A stretch of DNA of 64,000 nucleotides, from the IMG/VR virus record IMGVR_UViG_3300032462_001943; one strand, given 5' to 3'. Below the pieces are notes generated by a model. The model was given only the letters and a program-made list of their open reading frames with translations. It ran no database searches and was not told the origin of the DNA. This document shows, piece by piece, positions 58,732 through 64,000 of the stretch. The stretch comes from an uncultured virus (IMG/VR IMGVR_UViG_3300032462_001943) (taxonomy: Duplodnaviria; Heunggongvirae; Uroviricota; Caudoviricetes). How positions within the stretch are numbered: position 1 is the stretch's first letter; each line of letters opens with the position of its first letter. The position numbers were made by a program, and so were the translations under genes.

Positions 58732-61700
58732 ATGTCACAAGAATTATTGTTCGATGCTTGTCAGAAAAGTCTTCAATTGCGGGGACTAGATTCTGATCCA
58801 AAATACAAGAAGCGGTTGAAGTGGGAAATAGAAGAAATTGCTGCTCGTAGCAAATCCAGTTATTTCTGGAGCCTATACAACAACCGAACTCGTTATCCTC
58901 AAAATCAAAATAACCTGTTGATCTGTTGGCTTTTGGGGATCGCTCCCGATCACAACATTGACCAAGAGCCAAAATGCGAATACGGTGAATATCCCGACAT
59001 TGACGTGGATTATTTGCCTATTGTGCGTGACTATCTGAAAACAGTGTGGGCCAAAGATACTTTTGGTTCTGAGTATGTCTGCAATATCGGCAATTACACT
59101 ACGTTCGGCATCAAGTCCGCTTTGATTGACATGGCTCGTGTCCACGGGGAAAGCCGAGAAGAGGTTCAGGCTCTTACCAAGAATCTCGACGCCAAGGACG
59201 ATGAAGGCAAAGTTATGACATGGGACGCAGCGATGAAGCTGTATCCTGAGTTAAAGAAGTATTGTGAATTGGACGACAATCACAAGCGTATTGCCGACGC
59301 AGCCAAACGATTGCTTCACCGCAATAGAGGCATGGGCGTTCACGCTGGCGGTTTGATTATTGCCAATGCTCCTTTGTCCGATCTGGTGCCTTTGGTCAAG
59401 AGAAAAGACAGTCCTCAAGCGTCTGCTTGGGTAGAAGGTCTTCACGGTCAGGACTTAGGCCCTATGGGTCTGGTCAAGTTTGACTTGTTGGTTATTGCTA
59501 ATCTGCTTCAGATTGCTCGTTGTTGCGAGATGGTCAAGAAGCGTCATGGTCTGAATGGCATTTGCAATAAGCCGGGCGAACCAGACTGGACTGATGTTGC
59601 TGCTTGGCGTGACGACCCTACGTCGTTGGCTATGGCGAATATCGGTGACTTGAAGTGTATTTTCCAGTTCGATTCAGAAGGTATGCGTGGACTCGTTCGT
59701 GCGGGTGGCGTGGATCGCTTTGAAGACTTGGTGGCATATACGGCATTGTTCCGTCCAGGTCCGCTCGGCATGAAGATGCAGGAGCGATACGTTGAGCGTA
59801 AGCGTGGTCGTGAAAAATACACGTTACATCCGTTGGTACATCCTATTCTTGATAAGACTTATGGAGTTTTGACTTATCAAGAACAAATCATGCGTATTCT
59901 CAACGTGGTTGGCGAGATTCCGTTAAAGGATTGCGAGTTGGTTCGCAAGGCTATCAGCAAGAAAAAGGTTGAAGGCTTCATCAAATACAAAGAGATGTTC
60001 GTTCTCAACGGTCAGAAGAACCTGGGCTGTAATGAGACGGAAATCAATCACTTGTGGAATCAGATTGAAGCGTTTGCCGAATATGGTTTCAATCTAAGTA
60101 TGACCATTGGAACATTAGTACCTGTAAGGGTTTGCGGCGAAACTAAGACCAAGCGGATCGAGGAATTCGTTCCTGGCGACGTAGTATTGTGCGTCAATCA
60201 GGCTGGCGACACGGTGGAGACGCAAGTGGTTGCCTTGCACGATCATGGCGTGTTGCCCGGATACGAGGTCGCATTCGACGACGGATACAAAGTGACGTGT
60301 ACTCTCGACCATAAATTTTTGACTCAAAAAGGTCAGAAATCTCTTCGGGAAATTATCAGAACTAACTCTTCTATTTTGTGTGACCCAAAACACAAAATGG
60401 AGAGTGAAAATGCCGAAGAAAAATACGGATGGTTGGAAGGCTCGATGCGGGATGAGCTTGCCGTCACGGGCTGCGATGTGGACACACACGAAGGAGTGTG
60501 CGACTTGTCAAGAGAAGTCGTTTACGACGGGGGAATGGGAGGAATGGCTGCTGGACACGCTGAAATCCGTGACACCGGGCGTCTGGTGTGTCGGCGGATT
60601 GTACGGGTCATGCCCGTGGGTGAGCGACAGATGTACGATCTTGAAGTCGCCAATTCCACTCACAACTTCCTCTTGCCCAATGGCGTTGTGACGAGTAACA
60701 GCCACGCTGTTGCTTACACCTATATTTCGGCGTGGCTGTTGTATCTGAAGGCTCATTTTCCACATGAGTTTTATGTTTCGATGCTGAGTTGCGAAACTCT
60801 CAGTGAGAAGATCAAAGAATACAAGATGGAAGCCAAGATTCACGGTGTCGATATGAACCGCCTGGACATCAACAAGTCGGATGTAAACTTTGACCTTCAA
60901 GGCGATATTGTTTATTTCGGACTCAGCAACATCAAAGGTTTAGGTGAGGCTCCAGCCAAGCGGATTGTTGCTTCTCAACCATACAAGTCTTTTGAGGATT
61001 TTGTGACTCGGTTCGGCACAGACGCCAGTGTGTTGAAGCCCATCTTGGGGCTGAGATGTTTCCGTGATCGTGACCCTGTGTCTTTGTGGAAGTTCGCTGA
61101 ACATTTCAAGGACTGCGCCAGTAAGATCGAAGAGAAGAAGAAACGTTATCATGTGGCAATGATTAAGTACGATGCAGAGTTCAAGAAACTCTTGCCGTTG
61201 GAGATTCGCACGCTGTCTCAATTGGAAAATGGATTGGAAAATGGATTGGAAAACGTATTCGACAGTGAAGGATGGAAACTTCAGTGCTACAAGGACGAAC
61301 AGATTGAAGTCGATAAGGAAATTCAATGCAAAAAGGACTCTCCAGGTGCTACTGAGCGAATAGTGGTCGAGGATATTGAGGTCGAAGGAACCGGATTGTA
61401 TCTCCAACGTGAAATCATTCAGTATTATCATATCGGCAAAGTCAAAAAGACGTGGAATTTATGGAAAGAATTGAGGAAGTTGTGGCAGCGTAGAAAAAAG
61501 AGCATCGAGCGATATAAGAATATCGAGCGAAGTAGTTTGCCTACGTTGCTCGATTTTGACGCCAATGCTTGGGATATTAACGAAGAATTGATGAAAGAAT
61601 TCCGTGATTCTGTTGCTTGTGAAGAAAAGTATTACGGATTTGCTTGGATTCACGATCTGGAACGTAGCCCGGATTACAAGGGAAATCTTACTTTTACTGA

Positions 61701-62148
61701 TCTAAAGAACAGCATGGACGCAGTTTGTGGGCCGGTGGAGCTTCGTGTCAAGAAGGTGATTAAAACAGCAAGTAAAAAACGGAAAGAATTCATTTACTAC
61801 CAAGTTTTAGCAGAAGATGTGACTGGACAGGAAAACAGGATCAACGTCTGGCCCGATGATTGGGAGTGGTGGCACAGGGAGTTCGGCTGGGAAGAAGTCG
61901 GTGAGAAATCGAAATTCACTGCCGGTAACTTACTTAGAGTACGGCTCCAGCCTCCAACTGGCGGCTTCAATACTTTTACTCTGGAAAGCAATCAGGTTGG
62001 AAAGTGGCGAAGTCAAAAGCGTTATCACGATAAAGCTGACGATCCACGAGTGATGGTTATGCAGAAGGGTCAGAAAGAAGAGGAAAAATTTCTGAGTGAT
62101 GACGAGGCGATGGAGCAGTTCACCAACTGCATTATGGGACAACAATGA
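58732..62148 (+). CDS. dnaE: DNA polymerase III alpha, C-terminal part (palm, fingers, HhH, OB), intein-containing
   Basis: PDIDVD, HAGGLII, GLVKFDLL, IFQF, FRPGP, TYGVLTYQEQ, YGFN|SHAVAY, GLSNIKGLG. Confidence 0.92.
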   Translation: MSQELLFDACQKSLQLRGLDSDPKYKKRLKWEIEEIAARSKSSYFWSLYNNRTRYPQNQNNLLICWLLGIAPDHNIDQEPKCEYGEYPDIDVDYLPIVRDYLKTVWAKDTFGSEYVCNIGNYTTFGIKSALIDMARVHGESREEVQALTKNLDAKDDEGKVMTWDAAMKLYPELKKYCELDDNHKRIADAAKRLLHRNRGMGVHAGGLIIANAPLSDLVPLVKRKDSPQASAWVEGLHGQDLGPMGLVKFDLLVIANLLQIARCCEMVKKRHGLNGICNKPGEPDWTDVAAWRDDPTSLAMANIGDLKCIFQFDSEGMRGLVRAGGVDRFEDLVAYTALFRPGPLGMKMQERYVERKRGREKYTLHPLVHPILDKTYGVLTYQEQIMRILNVVGEIPLKDCELVRKAISKKKVEGFIKYKEMFVLNGQKNLGCNETEINHLWNQIEAFAEYGFNLSMTIGTLVPVRVCGETKTKRIEEFVPGDVVLCVNQAGDTVETQVVALHDHGVLPGYEVAFDDGYKVTCTLDHKFLTQKGQKSLREIIRTNSSILCDPKHKMESENAEEKYGWLEGSMRDELAVTGCDVDTHEGVCDLSREVVYDGGMGGMAAGHAEIRDTGRLVCRRIVRVMPVGERQMYDLEVANSTHNFLLPNGVVTSNSHAVAYTYISAWLLYLKAHFPHEFYVSMLSCETLSEKIKEYKMEAKIHGVDMNRLDINKSDVNFDLQGDIVYFGLSNIKGLGEAPAKRIVASQPYKSFEDFVTRFGTDASVLKPILGLRCFRDRDPVSLWKFAEHFKDCASKIEEKKKRYHVAMIKYDAEFKKLLPLEIRTLSQLENGLENGLENVFDSEGWKLQCYKDEQIEVDKEIQCKKDSPGATERIVVEDIEVEGTGLYLQREIIQYYHIGKVKKTWNLWKELRKLWQRRKKSIERYKNIERSSLPTLLDFDANAWDINEELMKEFRDSVACEEKYYGFAWIHDLERSPDYKGNLTFTDLKNSMDAVCGPVELRVKKVIKTASKKRKEFIYYQVLAEDVTGQENRINVWPDDWEWWHREFGWEEVGEKSKFTAGNLLRVRLQPPTGGFNTFTLESNQVGKWRSQKRYHDKADDPRVMVMQKGQKEEEKFLSDDEAMEQFTNCIMGQQ
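60097..60699 (+). mobile_element. Short intein (201 aa, Ser1) at YGFNL|SHA
   Basis: SMTIGTLV...CTLDHKF...MYDLEV...HNFLLPNGVVTSN|S. Confidence 0.85.
60410..60691 (+). CDS. Small Cys/His ORF in the +1 frame inside the dnaE-C intein (possible endonuclease remnant)
   Basis: GGAG RBS at 60399; CGMSLPSRAAMWTHTKECATC zinc-finger-like motif. Confidence 0.45.
   Translation: MPKKNTDGWKARCGMSLPSRAAMWTHTKECATCQEKSFTTGEWEEWLLDTLKSVTPGVWCVGGLYGSCPWVSDRCTILKSPIPLTTSSCPMAL
61222..61254 (+). repeat. 12-bp in-frame tandem repeat (LENG LENG LEN) in dnaE-C
   Basis: TTGGAAAATGGA, about 2.75 copies. Confidence 0.85.
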
Positions 62149-62654
62149 ACGATACAAACGCAGAGTTAATTATTGATGAGTCTAATTTCTCGCAATACTT
62201 TAGGGATTGTCGAATCTCCAAGCCTGAGCGTGGAGATATTATGGCTCGGTATTCTGCACGAGCGGAATTCCTTGATGGCCAAATGAAGCGAGATATTATT
62301 GACTTGGTACATAACCGGGACAAGGCTTTTGCTGCGACCCAGGTTATGAAGAAATTGGGTTGCGCCACCCAATTAGATTCAGTCAGAATTTGCAAAGAGA
62401 TTTGCAGAGACTTGGCTGCTGGAATGACCCTGAAAGAAGTGGAACAGAAAGTCTATACATATGACATTGAACTGTTCTACTATACCAAGAAAGAATACAT
62501 CCCTATTGACGATCCGCATTGGATGCCTATCGGCATAGCTAATCTGGATCAATTCTTGGATAAATCAGGCGCTCGGCTTACTATCAAATCGAAAATCATC
62601 GATAAAGAAAAGGAGCCGGAAACAGAGGAAATTGATGACGAGCAAATTCGGTGA
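62145..62654 (+). CDS. Hypothetical protein
   Basis: ATGA overlap with dnaE-C. Confidence 0.65.
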   Translation: MNDTNAELIIDESNFSQYFRDCRISKPERGDIMARYSARAEFLDGQMKRDIIDLVHNRDKAFAATQVMKKLGCATQLDSVRICKEICRDLAAGMTLKEVEQKVYTYDIELFYYTKKEYIPIDDPHWMPIGIANLDQFLDKSGARLTIKSKIIDKEKEPETEEIDDEQIR

Positions 62655-63195
62655 TGTTGTATATATCGACACGCCATATAGACCCGAAGCTGGCAGCTTT
62701 TGCAAGCCCAAGGATATTGTTGGTGATAGATATAAAGTTGGACAGTGGTATTATTGTCGAGACTTATTTCACCGCCAACTATACAATCTGAGTTTGTTTT
62801 TCTTTTCTCATGATTCAGCCAAGGGGCATTGCGTTGCCGACTTTATGCGTAAAGTCGAAGAGAAGTTGAATGTCGAGCCACGTTCGACATTTGGACCAAC
62901 TCAGAGAAAGACAATTATGTGGATAGAACCGTCTCGATGGTGGACGGTTCGAGCAATGAGGCGATCATTGTTCACTATATTGTTGCGGGCTGGATGTCAA
63001 TATTCACCCAATAAGGACAATTTTGAAGAGGCACTTTTCAGTGATCCTTATACTATGAGTACCAAATATGCTGTGAAAAGATTTTTTGCAGGCAATACAG
63101 CATACACTGGAAGAAAGCGTGGTTGGCACAAGCAATTTTGTGAAGGCAAGCCTACCGATCAAGAAGTGGACTCTTTGTTAGTTGCACCTTATTGA
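62632..63195 (+). CDS. Hypothetical protein
   Basis: GAGG RBS. Confidence 0.6.
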   Translation: MMTSKFGDVVYIDTPYRPEAGSFCKPKDIVGDRYKVGQWYYCRDLFHRQLYNLSLFFFSHDSAKGHCVADFMRKVEEKLNVEPRSTFGPTQRKTIMWIEPSRWWTVRAMRRSLFTILLRAGCQYSPNKDNFEEALFSDPYTMSTKYAVKRFFAGNTAYTGRKRGWHKQFCEGKPTDQEVDSLLVAPY

Positions 63196-63699
63196 TGGCT
63201 TGCGTGCGAACCATACGCCATTTTGATCTTCTTTGAATTCTTTTGCGCCTAATTTTTCGATGATTGTTCTTGTTGCTTGTGTGGCCGGGCTATATCCAGC
63301 AATGATTCCTCCTGGTTTGATTTTTGGATACCAATTATTTATGTCTTTGATTTCTCCGTTGTCTATGAACACAGCAAAAAATGCTTGATTTCCTACGTTG
63401 TAGGAAGCGATTTCTGATGTCATGGTCATTATGCTGATATATTCGACGACCCCAGCCCTGGTCGCATTCTCGATGAACTGCTGGATTCCCTTACTAAAAG
63501 TATCCACGCAAATGATTTTAACGCATTTGCCGGACATTTTTGCTCTGGACGCCAAATAACATGACGATTTTCCCAGCCAAGTTCCGATCTCGATAATCGT
63601 ATCGTTTTTGCTGGCTTCTCTTATTATTTGGTCGTAGATGCGGGAATGACCAAACCATCCCTCGATGTCCTGCCAGCCGAATTTGTTGTTTAAGTCCAT
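63178..63699 (-). CDS. Class I methyltransferase (Methyltransf_24-like)
   Basis: IEGWF, IEIGTWLGKS, CVDTF, VFID, KPGGIIAG. Confidence 0.75.
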   Translation of the reverse strand: MDLNNKFGWQDIEGWFGHSRIYDQIIREASKNDTIIEIGTWLGKSSCYLASRAKMSGKCVKIICVDTFSKGIQQFIENATRAGVVEYISIMTMTSEIASYNVGNQAFFAVFIDNGEIKDINNWYPKIKPGGIIAGYSPATQATRTIIEKLGAKEFKEDQNGVWFARKPSIRCN

Positions 63700-63775
63700 G
63701 TGTTTCTTTCATATTTTGTTGAGTAGCTCTATATAAGAGAGGGGAGATTGCCCTAAATTGGAGAGGAAACAAAAT

Positions 63776-64000
63776 ATGAGCGACATGATGGACGACATCA
63801 ACAAATACGCTGCGATATGGGATGCTGCCCAAGAAAAGGGAATTTTCAAGGATGCCCCCAAGCCACCGCAGCCTCGTAGCCAGGACGAAGAAGATTCGTT
63901 CTTTGGTGCGGATTTCTTTGGACAGAACCGATCTGCCGAATACGATATTGACGAGCCAATCAACGAAGTAGATTCAAAGTATTGGGCCAAAGTATCTCGC
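63776..64000 (+). CDS. Hypothetical protein (3' partial)
   Basis: GAGGA RBS; MSDMMDDINKYAAIW; open to the window end. Confidence 0.6.
   Translation, partial: MSDMMDDINKYAAIWDAAQEKGIFKDAPKPPQPRSQDEEDSFFGADFFGQNRSAEYDIDEPINEVDSKYWAKVSR

Noticed and set aside
45000..58990. Split (trans-splicing) intein joining the two dnaE genes
   Set aside because: Gene 1 has no intein N-block at its end, and gene 2 has no HN/SN-nucleophile block at its start. Both dnaE inteins are internal cis elements.
1..64000. Stop-codon reassignment as seen in some jumbo phages
   Set aside because: Conserved genes are full length in the standard code, and TAG and TGA both occur at plausible gene ends.

Overview
This window looks like part of a large T4-like (jumbo) phage genome read in the standard genetic code. 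Replication and recombination genes include a gp32-like SSB, a UvsX/RecA recombinase, a Ski2/Hel308-like helicase, a dNMP kinase, thyX, and a DnaE-type polymerase split into two genes about 13.6 kb apart. There is a gp23-like capsid paralog, a cluster of Gly-X-Gln collagen-like fibre genes, and many glycan genes (glf, hldE, GT2/GT9/GT34/PLOD-like transferases, a sulfotransferase, methyltransferases). It also carries a tRNA-end repair module (CCA-adding enzyme, cyclic-phosphate receiver, 2H phosphoesterase), a complete prkA(yeaG)-yeaH-spoVR(ycgB) set followed by clpP, and a tmRNA. The strongest signals are: (1) two inteins that each nest a separate gene with its own RBS in the +1 frame while the intein frame stays open; (2) a DnaE split through its active site with no split intein; (3) two promoter-preceded rod-shaped (6S-like) ncRNA candidates; (4) T4-type capsid-targeting N-termini, one of them on the CCA-adding enzyme. 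All calls come from reading motifs by eye; no searches or folding programs were run.
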